64,000 nucleotides of DNA from Laetmonice hystrix (lineage: Eukaryota). The translations under genes were made by a program, and so were the position numbers. Positions 25,201-40,200 of this stretch are shown here, piece after piece (the first letter of the stretch is position 1; the number at the start of each line of letters is the position of its first letter). Below the pieces are notes generated by a model. That model was not told where the DNA came from, did no database searches, and was given only the letters and a program-made list of their open reading frames with translations. The DNA lies in contig OZ249439.1 of NCBI GenBank assembly GCA_965235115.1, positions 8,866,001 through 8,930,000 of the forward strand. The letters are read 5' to 3'.

Positions 25201-28200
25201 GGTTATCAGGTGTATCACTTTCAGATCACCACATAAACACAGAGTCAATGAGTTACTAGATGTACAGGGTTATCAGGTGTATCACTTTCAGATCACCACC
25301 TAATCACAGAGTCGATGAGTTACTAGATGTGCAGGGTTATCAGGTGTATCACTTTCAGATCACCACATAATCACAGAGTCAATGAGTTACTAGATGTACA
25401 GGGTTATCAGGTGTATCACTTTCAGATCACCACATAATCACAGAGTCGATGAGTTACTAGATGTGCAGGGTTATCAGGTGTATTACTTTCAGATCACCAC
25501 ATAAACACAGAGTCAATGAGTTACTAGATGTACAGGGTTATCAGGTGTATCACTTTCAGATCACCACATAAACACAGTGTCAATGAGTTACCAGATGTAC
25601 AGGGTTATCAAGTGTACTTTCAGATCACCACATAAACACAGAGTCAGTGAGTTACTAGATGTACAGGGTTATCAGGTTATCACTTTCAGATCACCACATA
25701 AACACAGTGTCAATGAGTTACTAGATGTACAGGGTTATCAGGTGTAACACTTTCTGAGCACCACATAAACACAGTGTCAATGAGTTACTAGATGTACAGG
25801 GTTATCAGATGTAACACTTTCAGATCACCACATAAACACAGAGTCAATGAGTTACTAGATGTACAGGGTTATCAGGTGTAACACTTTCAGATCACCACAT
25901 AAACACAGTGTCAATGAGTTACTAGATGTACAGGGTTACCAGGTGTAACACTTTCAGATCACCACATAAACACAGAGTCAGTGAGCTACTAGATGTACAG
26001 GGTTATCAAGTGTACTTTCAGGTCACTTTCAGAATGTCCGGAAAGAGAATAATTGTATGTCACCCTATACTAGAATCGAAGCCCGGCCCCAGGGTTATTT
26101 CATGCATTCACACAGCGTTCAAACCAACCAGCCCACCGTCACCGCCGCAAAAGTAGGGGTTGATGGTGAAGCAGCGCAAAGAACGCCCCCCCTCTCCCGA
26201 CAGCCAATTTCCAAGATGGAATTGAACCCATGCTTTCCTAGATGGGGCTCAACATGATTTTTACCGAACATTCCGGATGATCAAGATGGAATGAGAAGGA
26301 AACCCACCCCGGCCGGGAGAAACCCCTTCTTTTTATGCCCAGTAAACTGTAACATATACGGCTGGAAATACCGAAGCCTTTGATGACCCAGTTGCGGAGC
26401 ACTGGGGAGGGAAATGGGCGAGGTCGGATTTCAATGTGTGTTCCGTGTTAACACCATCTGTTAACAAATCTGTTACATTAACATCGATTTTTGACATCAA
26501 ACCTTTAACACCATGTTAACACCGTGTTAACACCAGAGGTCAAACAGATATGTGTGTACGTTACTGCAGATAGATCTGTTAACAGCTCTGTTTACGGAAA
26601 CATACCAACGAACCTATGTCCCCAGAATATAGACCTATAGTTAAAATATATTTGGATGAATTTTTCGTCGAACATCCAGTATTTCATGCGCCATAAATAT
26701 ATAGCCAGAAAATAATAGGTTTATTCTTTAAATTGTTAGAAACTATCCAACTAACCAAGCCTACTAAACAATAAAAAAATGAGCCACCAGGTGGTGTTAA
26801 CACTAGTGACAGGTTCATTAAGCAAATGTCATGTCCTTTCACATGGTGTTAACACCGTGTTAACCTGACCGCCTGTTCAGGGTCCCATGTTGGCACTAAC
26901 ACTAATACTAACACTAACACTAACACTAACACGCAGCTTTAATCTGAAACCTGACCTCACCCAATGAGAGCTGATAATTCGGCAATCCCACACTCGTTCA
27001 CACTCGTACGCCAGTCCTCGCCCCTTTTGTCGCCTCTTACCAAAGAAAGCCATGGGCACGGTCTGAGCGATAATCGGGAAGGAGCCGCCTGGCGTCGTTC
27101 TCTTATTTCCCCTCTAATCTGGTGTTTTTACAAATTTGGTTTGTCGCTGTTTGATTAGCATGATCTGAAAATTACCTAGTGGCACTTGAAACAATTTATC
27201 TTCATACTGGTAGCTTTTTAACATCTATTCTCGGCTCTGTTTCTCTGCTGATATTTAGTTTATAACATATGGAACCAGATTATGGGGCTAAAGACGCGTA
27301 TTGCGCAGTAACAATAAGGCCTGATCCTATCACTGACACTTTATATACTTGGTTTTTTTTCATGGGTGGGAAAATGATACCGATAATAAAACGCCGACGA
27401 ACCCGTAACATGGCACCTCTCCTAACGCATACAATTAACGTGGATGTTAGATCTGTTTCTATTTTTTGAAATGCATGAAAAAAAGAAAAAAACGCAGTTG
27501 GCATTTAGAAATGTACATCTCTATTATTACTACCTTGAACCCGACTCAGTGGCGATGTTTGTTGACGTTGCCGTGAATCACCCAGGTTTTGTCTGATCAC
27601 CATGTGAACACACAGTGTTTAAATGAGATTGCTTTTGTCCGTATATCCCGGCCCCAAAGCCCCCAGTCTCGCAAAGTCTCGCCCTTCCGTGCCCTTGCTT
27701 GGGGCGCCGACACAAGCAGCACAGGACGCCGACACAAACAGCACAGGTCAAAACGAGGCCAAACGATGTTAGCTAATCAGAGGGCGCTCGTCGTGATGGC
27801 GGCTGGGTTGGGGTAGGTTGGGCCGTCCGTCCAAGTACGATCCCTGGGGATCTGCCTGGGTGAGGCCGCCTGATCCCGGCCTGGAGTGGATGTCAGTACC
27901 TGCCGCCTCACCCTGCTCCACAGGCGTCTTCAGGTAACGAGGCCGTACTTAACGCTAACCGTCTTGTGTGGTTTTACATGCCGAGAGGCGTCGGCTGAAG
28001 GCGTGGACCTTCTCACGGCCGGGGGGGGGGGGGAGCTCCTGCTATGTCGCTTCTATAACACCAGCTTTCCTACTTGAAATACCGAATGGCTTCTTCATAA
28101 ACAGTTAAATTCTACGTGAAATAAATAGATCCTATGGCTATAATGGAACATCTGGGCAAGTGACCCAATAAGAGTCAGAAATGCCCACAGCAGTCTATCT

Positions 28201-31200
28201 TAAGTGGATTGGTGGGGAGCAATCTCGTGCGCTTCTCGCAGACAGAGATGCAGAGAACCTTGTAGATGCCACTTTTAACATACATGGGATGATGCTACAC
28301 AGCCTATTCGATGGCACTAACACATCAGGCCCAGTGTGAAACAAACACAAAGACCATTTATCTTGCGCAAATAATGAGTTTGCTAAAGAGTAGGCATATC
28401 ACTTTATTAAATATACCATCTGAATGTAACGTCAAACCATTGAATCGACATAATAACACCGCGGTACAGATGGCTAGGGGAGAACTGCGCAGACTTTAAT
28501 CTTTCCGTCGTGTTGTTTTATCTCCCTATTCACCTGACTGTTTATCATCGAGTATTAATGTAATACGTCTGAATTCTATCGAATGAGAACACTTTTTGGT
28601 AAAATATATCCATCGATCGTTGAAGAGAGCGATTCCCCCTTAAAAAAACATTTGCCATAGTTTTCTATCGAATTCCATCATGCCATAAACGTCGATTGCC
28701 CCAGTGAGGGTAAATCTTCATTTGGTATATATGTATATATGTGTGAGTGTATTTTGATTGGACTCTTCCCCGCCCGTACCAAGTCCATCAACGACTTCGG
28801 TTGGAGTCAATACGACCCAGACACGGGTGCAGCAAACATGTATCCAAGCGGCCAGGAAAGCCGTGTGATCAGTCGTATATGTTAGCTGTGATCCCACATG
28901 ATACCATGCACTCGCAACGTCTACATTTGCCAAGCACCCAGCGAATTGGTGATTAATGTCAGACGACATAACACAGACATCTAAATACCGTGCCTATCCT
29001 CAAATATAATCAAAGCCTCGTCAATCGCACACTGGTAGGTTAAGGTAGTCTCTGGTGTTTCGCGACTGGTGGGTGACGTATTACCCAATGATTTGTCGGA
29101 CGAAGTGAAAAGTTTGGGACCAATTTTACAACAGCGGATTGGATCCACAAATTATAAGTTTCGCTATAGCCATAGTCAGTCATATAACCTATCATCCGAT
29201 CCCTCGATATAAGCTAGTTTCCTTCTCAAAGAGATGCCAGGCATGCATGTAATCATTGTCAGTTGAAAAGGTAGCAAGGCAGCATAGGAAGCCGAATTAG
29301 AGATCTTTCACCCAGATTTTAACGGTGAGGTATAGATGTTTACGATGAAGCCTTTAAGCTCTTTTTTTATACTGCCACACTGGAATACTGAGATAATGAA
29401 TAACGCTGTAACTGGGAGGCTATACCCCCAGCTATATAACCATACAGGACCCGTGTCTGCTTAGGGTGGCATTACTTCATAACAGACCAGCGTGATTTGG
29501 TCTGACTGGGTGCTGAAACTCCGGCATGGAAAAAACTGTAATAAGGTCACTAGGCATTGAAACGACATCAAAGGCTAGCCTTGAATGTTATAAGATGGGT
29601 AACTAGGTACTGACACTGGATCAAAGGCTAGGTTGTGATGTTATAACATGGGTAACTTGGTACTGACACCCGATCAAAGGCTAGGTTGTGATGTTATAAC
29701 ATGGGTAACTAGGTACTGAGACTCCATCAAGGGCTAGGCTGTGAATATATGATGGGTAACAAGGTACTGAGACTCCATCAAGGGCTAGGCTGTGAATGTT
29801 ATATGATGGGTAACTAGGTACTGAGACTCCACCAAGGGCTAGGCTGTGAATGTTATATGATGGGTAACTAGGTACTGAGACTCCACCAAGGGCTAGGCTG
29901 TGAATGTTATATGATGGGTAACTAGGTACTGAGACTCCACCAAGGGCTAGGCTGTGAATGTTATATGATGGGTAACTAGGTACTGAGACTCCATCAAGGG
30001 CTAGGCTGTGAATGTTATATGATAGGTAACTAGGTACTGAGACTCCACCAAGGGCTAGGCTGTGAATGTTATATGATGGGTAACTAGGTACTGAGACTCC
30101 ATCAAGGGCTAGGCTGTGAATATATGATGGCTAACAAGGTACTGAGACTCCATCAAGGGCTAGGCTGTGAATGTTATATGATGGGTAACTAGGTACTGAG
30201 ACTCCACCAAGGGCTAGGCTGTGAATGTTATATGATGGGTAACAAGGTACTGTGACTCCACCAAGGGCTAGGCTGTGAATGTTATATGATGGGTAACTAG
30301 GTACTGAGACTCCACCAAGGGCTAGGCTGTGAATGTTATATGATGGGTAACTTGGTACTGAGACTCCACCAAGGGCTAGGCTGTGAATGTTATAAGATGG
30401 GTAACAAGGTACTGAGACTCCACCAAGGGCTAGGCTGTGAATGTTATATGATGGGTAACTAGGTACTGAGACTCCATCAAGTGCTAGGCTGTGAATGTTA
30501 TATGATGGGTAACTAGGTACTGAGACTCCACCAAGGGCTAGGCTGTGAATGTTATATGATGGGTAACAAGGTACCGAGACTCCACCAAGGGCTAGGCTGT
30601 GAATGTTATATGATGGGTAACAAGGTACTGAGACTCCATCAAGGGCTAGGCTGTGAATGTTATATGATGGGTAACAAGGTACTGAGACTCCATCAAGGGC
30701 TAGGCTGTGAATGTATGGTGGGTAACAAGGTACTGAGACTCCACCAAGGGCTAGGCTGTGAATGTTATAACATGGGTTAGGTAACTAGATAGTGACACTC
30801 GATCAAAGGCTAGACTGTGATGTTATAATAAGGTAACTGGGTACTGACACTCCATCAAATGCTGTAGGCTGTGATACTTTGAGAAAGTAACTGCATGGGC
30901 ACTGACACTACACTGTGATATTGTAACGGTATGACACGACAGTGGACACCAACAGAATATTGACCTCTTCCATCATTGGATACACTGGAGAACCAGGCCA
31001 TTCGGCTGACAGCTCTCGTTGTACTGATCTATACGGCCCAATGTTACTGATATAAACCGTAATACTAGTTATAATGTTCTTAAGTTAAAGGACAAGAAAG
31101 AAGGACAATGCTCCGGTATGAATACTCTATGATTCACGCCCGTCTCTTCAAACAATCCAAGTGAAAGTCTCCTATCGTGTGTCTGTGGACGGTGTATTGG

Positions 31201-34200
31201 TTCTGGAGAATATGACAATCTGTGGTCGTGTACAAGGTTTGGTGAATTACAACACCACCTCATGGCACAGGCCAAACAGGTCATATTAAAACATGGCCAT
31301 AGGATCGCCCCCTACGTACAGAAGTCCTTATTATAGACCGACCATCTCCAGGGCCTGCCCTTGGTTCTCACCTGGACATACTAACGTTTTCTGGGCTGAC
31401 AAGACCAACACCTGTGGTGTGTGAGTGCAAATGACGTTAAGCGGCGCAACATGTCATTTAACTGGAGATTAACACATCCTGAGGAAACAGGCCTGTCCTC
31501 AGACGCTCACAGTGCCCCCTCGCGGTACACCTTGGGTCTGGTGCTCACTGCTTGTGGCTGCCCCACCATCAGCCAATCATGAATATTTCATTTACAACCC
31601 ATTTGTTTCTTTTTCTTCCCGGTGATAAACGGATTAGTACAGCACGAGGGCCTCCGAGTGAAGCCAGCGTGGGGCACCACGTGTGGAAATGGGCCCCTCG
31701 TCACACCGCGTCTCGCTTGGTGGCGCTGTACTCGGCACGTGGCTGGACTGATACAGTGAACTTAGAATACCGGGCACATCAAATAAACATCACCTTGTAC
31801 TCTCACTTAAGGTCCGGCTCCGTGTGGCCTCCCTGTCATATTAGCACCGTCAGAAAGTTAACGAACAGCTGTGTAGGTGTAGGTGGAACAGCCACCGCTG
31901 AAGGGCAGTCTAACGACAGCCACCTTTCATGTCGTTAGTCGGAGTATCTGCTCCACTTGGCCATCTCAGAACGCTGTCCAAATGTTATGATTACATCGAT
32001 TGGACGCCGCCGTGATCAGTGAAACACTGAAGTGTTGTCCTCTCCACACCGGGCCTCAGATCCTGCCTATTCTATTTGTTACTAACGGTCTTATCCCTTC
32101 AATCCTCCATGGGGTTGCTCCAGACCACTAATACTGTTTTAACGATCGCCATCCTTTGGCTGCGTTCACACAGGCGGAACATACGGTCCCGTGACGGCTC
32201 TCAGAGTCGGCCATTGTCCGTGCCGATGATTCTAATTACGGCCGTCGGCGCCGCTGTTTCAACACAATCTTCTAGCACTTTGAGATCATTTTGCTGATAC
32301 ATAATGCAGATTCCTCCAGAAGCTCAGAGACACCTGTGTCAAGCCTGGTACATGTTCTTTATTGCCAGGGGGTTCTGGTTCCGGTGGAGATAGGGGTTAA
32401 TAGATGGCTGGCGGGTTCAGGGCGTGGCGGACCCAAACCGAGGCTAGCAGAACGCCACATATTGACCAGATGACGGTCCGTCTTCACGCGCATCACCAGC
32501 TGGTGTTCATCACTACCGCCAGGTGGCCGATCACTTGACCTTCGCCTTCTCAGCAAACCGTGGCATGGGAACAATCACCATCTTCAGGGCCAAATTAGCT
32601 CTAAGATACGTTAATCCGTCATGTCATCAGGACGGGAGAGTTCCAACAGGCCGCCTCCTATCTGATCTGATCTACGTGCTTCGGGAGATTGTAGAGTGGA
32701 ATGTTGATGGGCGGCCCCAACACAATCACTCCTCTCTGTCTGTCTGTCTGGCTCTGTCTGTCTGCCTCTGTCTGTCTGCCTCTGTCTGTCTGTCTGTGTC
32801 TCTGTCTGCCTCTCTGCCTGTCTGTCTGTCGGTCGGTCGGTCAGTCTGTCAGTCGGTATCTTTCACTGTTTGCGTGTGTCTCTCTCCATGATCTTGCTTC
32901 GTTTATTTATGTGAACGTTTATTTAGAAGTCATAATTCAGTCTCAGACATTCAGATGAATGTCTAGGAAAGTAGGACTGTTGGTTTACTTTATGCTCTGA
33001 CAAAAATAAGGATAGTTATTCCCTGTCTCTCCATCTGTCCAGATGATAGATATATCAGAATTGCTGCGGGTTGTGTTTCCAAACAAATGCAAGGCCCGTG
33101 TGTTTTCAAACAAACGTACCAACCTGTAGGCAGTCAGAATATAACAGACGTCTATCCTCTCGCTGCAGGTTTATACTTTATCCTAGAAGGGGAGAGGGTC
33201 GTCAGTAGGAAACAACCACTCGAGAAGTGATATATCGAGACAGATTGTCTCGTGTTCCCGTCTGCAATGATGCCTGAGGGACCGAGACGAATGTAAATAA
33301 CCAAGCAAACTACTTCCTCTGTATTTTCCCCATGGCTGTTCGTTTATAGGCTCCCAGGGTCTGAATGTCATTATGGAAATCGGAAGTTTTATCTGAAATT
33401 ATCGCCATATCACACTCTTCTTTGTGTGCCATTACGCCGGTAATATTTGAATATAGATGTTTCTTTTGCCTAGCGCATGCGCGTTAAGAATAAAATGGAT
33501 ACGCCTGTCCACAAACGTTCTTCCGCTTGCATAATTCGCTGCCGTAATGTAACCATAGCATGGTGGTCGGAACAGATGCTCGTATTCTGACGGATGTCTT
33601 TATAATAACGACCGACTCACCAGACTCTACCTTACTTATTAACCCCATATAATTTACTTTCGTGATTCATATCTGGGCTGCTTACAAACACTTTGAATTA
33701 ATGTTGAATAAACAAGGAAACTAATGTATTAAATGCAATATCTAAGAGGCACTGCCTCAGCCAATATGATGGGAATGAGTTTGCTATCAGTATAAATCGC
33801 TGATTATTTTCCAAAATTTAAACACTATATCTTCTGAATCAGCCCAGCAGTTTAACTAGAATAATATAATAAGTACAGACAGCATTAAGATAGGAACTAA
33901 GATAGTCTTTCAACGATGACCCCTTGGCGTCTTAATCTTAATCCATGTCAAAATTTTAATCCGTGTCAGAATGCCTGGTAGGGCCTGTCGGTGGGAATTA
34001 GGTCAGGTGAGTAATCAACGCCGACTTAGTGTAATAATCTGTATTAGAACAATACCTGAGTCCGAAAGACAGGACGATCATATCATTAAAAAATGTAATC
34101 ATCCTCAATTCGTCAACTAGAGGCAAAACATCAACCATGGAGCTTGCTAGACATTATAAACATACCGAACACATGCCCGGTAGGTGGACACCTGTAATTT

Positions 34201-37200
34201 CAGATATGTCCAGGAAAGGTTACCTTTTGTAGTGAATGACTTATGTAATACATACATAAAGAACCTTATAGGAATGCAGAGATGGATTTCACTTGTCAAC
34301 GTTTGACATATTGATTTAAGAAAGAAAGGTGCTCGAGGAGTATCTGATTGCATTAATGTTAAGTGTTGCTGTGCACAAGTCTGATTCGTCTGTCCTTGTC
34401 ATGGAATCCTCACGAGTGTTATCTTTTTCGAAGAGTTATGAAGACATGCGAAGAGTTCAATCGGACAATTCATCTCTGATATGATCTGAGAAGGGGAAGA
34501 GAGAGGCAGCCGCCGAGATCCGCATTGGTCCCTTCTTCAGCGTTGATTCATCCACTATTAATGCGAGTCAATGGTTGGGTTGGTGTTGGGCGGGGGTGAG
34601 GATGATCTGTGTCCCTGACAGTGACACCGACCCGCGTCAACCCAGACCCGGGCAGGATGCGGCCCACACCGGGACTCGGGCAGGTTTTTTGTCGAGGGCA
34701 ATACGACAGGAGGAGCAGGGGCAAACCATGATTACCATGGTCATCTGAACTCGTAGCGCCAGCCGAGCCCAACACAACACCATCGATCAGACGCCACGAG
34801 CACGAGCAACTGTTGGGCTGAGTGCTGACAGTTATCTTCGACACGTGTAGGTGGGCCGCAGCATGGCAACTTAAAGCTTCACAGCAACGGCCCTGCCTCC
34901 ATGCTGTTAACCCCAATGACCTCGTGACCCCAGGGAAACGTGCGAGGCCGCCCAGGGCCATTCCAGGACTTAGCTCCTATCTGCTGCAAAGAAATAACAT
35001 CTTTGATCGAAAACCGAGTGTACGCCGAGGGATATCCTAGCATCATGCAGTATTCCAGTATCCTAAACTGTCCTATTTTCTCTCTTTTTGCAATTTGGGC
35101 CCTTCACGAAACTATGTAAAACGATGGGAAGTGTATCCAGAATTTCTATGTCACTTATTTAGGTCTATAATGTTTGCCAAGAGATAATAATTCCCTGAAA
35201 GTGGAATCATTTGTGGCGATGCAAAAAATCAGAATGAGACAGTAGGAAGCCATATATCGACTGCTGTTTTTGTCTCATGTTCTTTTGTAGACCGCTATAG
35301 GCCCCACTGTTGTAGCGCAACTACATGTAGGCCCTATAGGCTATAGGCCACTTTGAGAGTCAAATGGGGCGCTGGGAATCTGCGATAATGCGAGGTGGAC
35401 AGAATACAAAAGCTGCGTGGACTTGTAACTAGCTCCATCTCGATCAACGCGACGGCATAGCAATATGACGACAACAGATCTCGTGAGGTGCCATCGGTCA
35501 CAGCGTCAACACATCACTAGTCGTCAAGTGAGGACGTTTGATGTTTATATGGCGGCCGCGCATGCTCACACTGCCATAGCAACGGCACGAGGGGCCAACG
35601 GAAGGCGTGCAATAATGATGGCGTTTCAAACCTTGGAACAGTTCGCGTTTTGTTAAACGTGATTGCAACTGTGATGTTTCATTGATAAACCCAGATTCAG
35701 GCACAGTGTCGAGTCAAAGCATTTTCGCACATGGCGACCTGTCAGAGTCAGAAATGTGTCCATTAGAAGAGCTGTTTGTGATCGTGTTATGATGTGGATG
35801 TGACGATCACTTCATCCCATAACGGGATAAAGAGGACTTCACAGCCAAACACCATCTGCTGGCTACACAAAGCTTGCCACCACACTGGTGATTCAATGTA
35901 GCCGTACAAAACAAACGGTGCGCTTTGACTGATGACCCTCGTATTGGAATCTTGCATGTATTGATAATACATTCGTGTAAATTCACATTTATCCAAGAAG
36001 CCGTATACAATGTAGATGAAAAGCCCATGGAGCAAAAAACGTACCTCTGTCTATACGTCATCACGTCACGTGATCTGTTCGCGTTCTCCACCATACTGGA
36101 CACAATTTCAACCTCTCTCTTCAGGAACGGTAGAAACGCAACTTTTCGTAATAGTTTTTAACTGGGGAGAAACTTCACTCTGTGTAACCGACCGGGACAC
36201 ATTTAACTCTTTCTTCAGTTTCTGACGTGGTTAAATGTTCATCCATCCGACCTTTGTTAGACAGGCCAACTGAGACAACTGCAGTTCATCTGGAAATGCC
36301 TGTCATTAGTTGCCTGTCGACTTGTGAGTTTTGTATGAGTTTCTATATGAAAACCAGCAGATTGGTATGGAACATTCACGGATAAAATGGTCGGTTTTCT
36401 TCCTAATCAAAACCCAATTCGTCTGATCAATGTAGTAAGGGATCCTTCTATTGTTATTCGGTGCTAGAGTAAGGGGACGGATTGCAATGATTCCATGTCG
36501 TCACAATGAACTATCCCGATGTACCTTGCGGTTTGTGAGAGGTATCGTCACATCACGTGATCAATCAATTGATGTGAGTGGTGGTCAATGTAAAGATAGC
36601 TGAGAGTGTACGTTAGGCGCAGTACTTACAGACATCAGTCGAGGCAGTCTGATCCTCAGTGTTTGTGCTTTGTGGGCGTCTCCGAGACATGGTCCGGTCG
36701 ATGCCATCTCCCTCTCCCTGGACCCCCCACAATGCTGATTCCATATAGATAAGACGCTCGTGTGATCGATGTCAGTTCTTTTGTGTCTTCTCGTCATATC
36801 GTGATATCGTGAGAGTTCAGAGAAAATGGGAAGGCAGGGTTCTAATCATATTATACACTGCCGAGTTCTTCAAACGAGAAACGGAAGATCAACTTTCGAC
36901 AGTGAAATCTCCCCCAGACCACGCCGAAACTCTGAGGTCAGATATCGACCTTTACACATAAGTAGACAGTAGTGGTGGGCCGCCATATAGTTCAGGCACA
37001 TCTAATTCTCTGCATATTTTTTCTGTGTCCAAGTAACTTTCACTGACCACGGGTTTCCTACACGAGGTAAAGAAAATATGACCTGTGTTGTTTGCAGCAA
37101 AGGTTTCATTTTAACTTCATGGGGTGTCCATATTGATGGCTTTATTGCCGGAATCGATGCAGTGTCGACTTCAAAGGCTGGCGGCTGTCCATTTATATAA

Positions 37201-40200
37201 ATAATAACGTTTGTCCTGACCAGCCGAGCCTGCCGTGGGACAAAGAGAAACGTGTCATTTTGAGTCGGGGCAAGTTTAAACACCGTGATGCTAGACTTGG
37301 TTCGTATTGACGGCCGAGATCGCGCCTGGTCAGACTGGCCAGAAGTTTGTCGATAGATATTTCAGGTTGGCTTGCCACCTTAGACAGTATGGGTAGCAAT
37401 ATCCAGGCCACAAATCGCTACCACAGTGGAGAAAGTTTGTATGTGACAATATCATGAAAATGAGTTCACTGCATTTTGTTATAGTAACTTCAGAAAAGTT
37501 ATTGAGAAACCGTTTTAAGTGTGTGTGAATAATACTGGAGTTTACGCATTGGATTAAAAGGTTATACATGTAAAATGAGTATCTCAGTATCTCAGCTGAG
37601 AAAGGTGCGTTTCTAAAAGTGATATGTTTTTCACTTACAAACTTTCTTCACTGAGGGAGTGAAATGCCTGCCGACCCCCGTGAACAGAACCTGATTCCGG
37701 CACGACGGTATAGGTCAGCAGGGGAGCACAATCTCTCCTTGCCGCTGAAAACATATTTCATCGCGCACCGCGGATTAATTTGAAAAAAGACCTTCTCATC
37801 GCCACCTGATATTTGTAAAAGATATTTCTATGGACCACACACTACGCCTAATATTACAATAGGTGTACGTTTTAGCTAGCTTCACAGCATTATACCCAAT
37901 GGGATCTCATACAGTAATCACCTATACTGTCCTCAGAAATACTAACTAGAGGATTATTACCAGATAAACAAGATGGATATTCCAGGGAAGTCTCAACTGT
38001 TTTCAGGCATCCTGGAAGGATCATTCATGTTCCTGTATTCATGACAGTTAACAACTGACGACACACCGTCGACTCGCGTTGTTATATTGAAATGCGAAAT
38101 GCCTCGTTCCATATCGATAAAAGAGGAGGTGTTAAATAATATATTGGATTATATGGTTGCTGAGTTGATTTATGGCCATGCTCATGTTAGGCTTGTAATT
38201 GCATGCAGCACTGTTACCGGCGTGATCAGTGCTATTGTTACCACCTGGAGAGGTACGCGTACACCTGGACGCTCACCTGGACGTTCACCTGGACGTTATT
38301 CTACCCCCTCACTGGTATTAACCGACGTCACACATGCCCGACACGCGCTCGATACCTGGCAAATATAAGTGGGATGGATCCACCACAAACTCACTGCAAA
38401 TTCTCCCCGCACATTCCCATCCGCTGACTCCATAGTCTATATCCGTATCCCAAAGGGCCACATCACAGATTGTGCTCAGCAAAATAACAGACCCTTCAAA
38501 TGGGACGTTATAGTTTGGCAAATATCCACCAGGTTCGCATGGGAGTGAGTGAGTAGTTGGTGTTTAACGCCCAGTCAGCAGGTTCGCATGGGAGTGAGTG
38601 AGTGAGTAGTTGGTGTTTAACGCCCAGTCAGCAGGTTCGCATGGGAGTGAGTGAGTGAGTAGTTGGTGTTTAACGCTCAGTCAGCAGGTTCGCATGGGAC
38701 TGATTATCGTTAGGACTATGCCCAGTACACTGTACGCGTCCGCGCCAGTCGTGTAGAAGAACTCATAACGTAGAACCCGGTTAGACAGGATAACTAACTC
38801 CTGAAGGCTCTATTTATGGAGACAGATATAATACTCATGAGAGTTGATTTCTCTGCATCATTATCGTTTTACATAAATCATGGCATGGTAGGCGGATACC
38901 AGGTAACCGTATCATATCGTTATTTTATATCGACATCAGTGACGTGATAGCCACGTGTGGGATGTGGTAAAAACAGAATCATATCTTCTCCGTCACGCCC
39001 TCTCGCGGCCTACGTCCTCGAAACTTTCTCAGGGCGTATTTATCGCGAACGGCCTTCCATTAGGGCGTGCGGGCCGGAAGGATGGCAAACTAATGAAGGC
39101 CCGTTGTTTGCCATGAGGAGAGCCAGCCCGTTTGATGGTCGAGTCCGAATTCCATAAACACTCTAGGCCGCGACCTTTCAAATGATTGGGTTTGTGGCCG
39201 TCATTATTCACAATAACTTCCCCAGCGCTGCTCGTTCACCGGATGCTATTCTTGCACGTCGCAGGACGTCAACCGTCGACGATATTTCTTGATGGCATCG
39301 TCTGGGGGAGCCACTAGTTGCAGGCTCATTCGTAACGCCCGGTATTGGCAGTCATAAAGTCCACAGTCATGTTACCCAGAGTGCAACGCCCATCTGCAGC
39401 AAACACTGCTAAATTTAATTTGGCGACCTGTAGGGCTTGGACCGGGGCCGCCCCGTGGGATATCAGATGTAGGGAGACACGCGCACGGCGCTATGGAACT
39501 GTGCTCAAACTAGAACACCGCAGCCGATTGCGAAAAGAACACAACCGAAGATTTCTCAGCGATTCTCTTTAGCTAAACCTACTTCAAGACTGGTTCGCGC
39601 GCCGTGCACGCGATCTGCCTTTTAGCGTACACGATGGTCATTCACTCCGACAACGGTGTCGCACGGCGGTGTCGCCGTCAACATTACGCACGCATAATTT
39701 CCATAAAAGCCAACCTCGTGCGTGCGTCCTTTCTGATTTATGCGACTCTACATATCTATTCTCAGCACGCGTCAAGCAATTGGTCTGGCAATAGGTTTTG
39801 ACGGCGGGAGCTGCGACTTGGGACGGGCCCGGGGCTTTGATAGGACGGCACGTGCCTTCTCAAGTGAGCATCTTACACTAAAGGTCGCCACCGGGCGGCG
39901 TTCTATCGGCACACTTCCTTGAATCACGTAACTACTTGGAAACAATTTTATACGTGGATTATTTGAAATCTATGGATTCTATACATGGTATCCTTGGGAT
40001 ATCACAGCCAGAACATGCTCCCTCTGAGTACCGGTCGATCGGGACCGCAACCTGTATTGATTCTACCTTCAAGAACATTACAGAATACGCAGCAGACCGC
40101 GCAAACTGATACGCGATGTAAAGATTTCGGCTGCTTTCCTTGAACAAACCTTCATCCCCGCCTGTGTGGGCGTGGTGCCCGTGTCTAGTCGCACGCGTGT

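Noticed and set aside
32359-34500. Possible terminal exons of a nested gene (e.g. KTSDFHNDIQTLGAYKRTAMGKIQRK* near 33310-33395; DHIRDELSD* near 34460-34488)
   Set aside because: Isolated acceptors with short frames, no compatible upstream exons and no recognisable domain.
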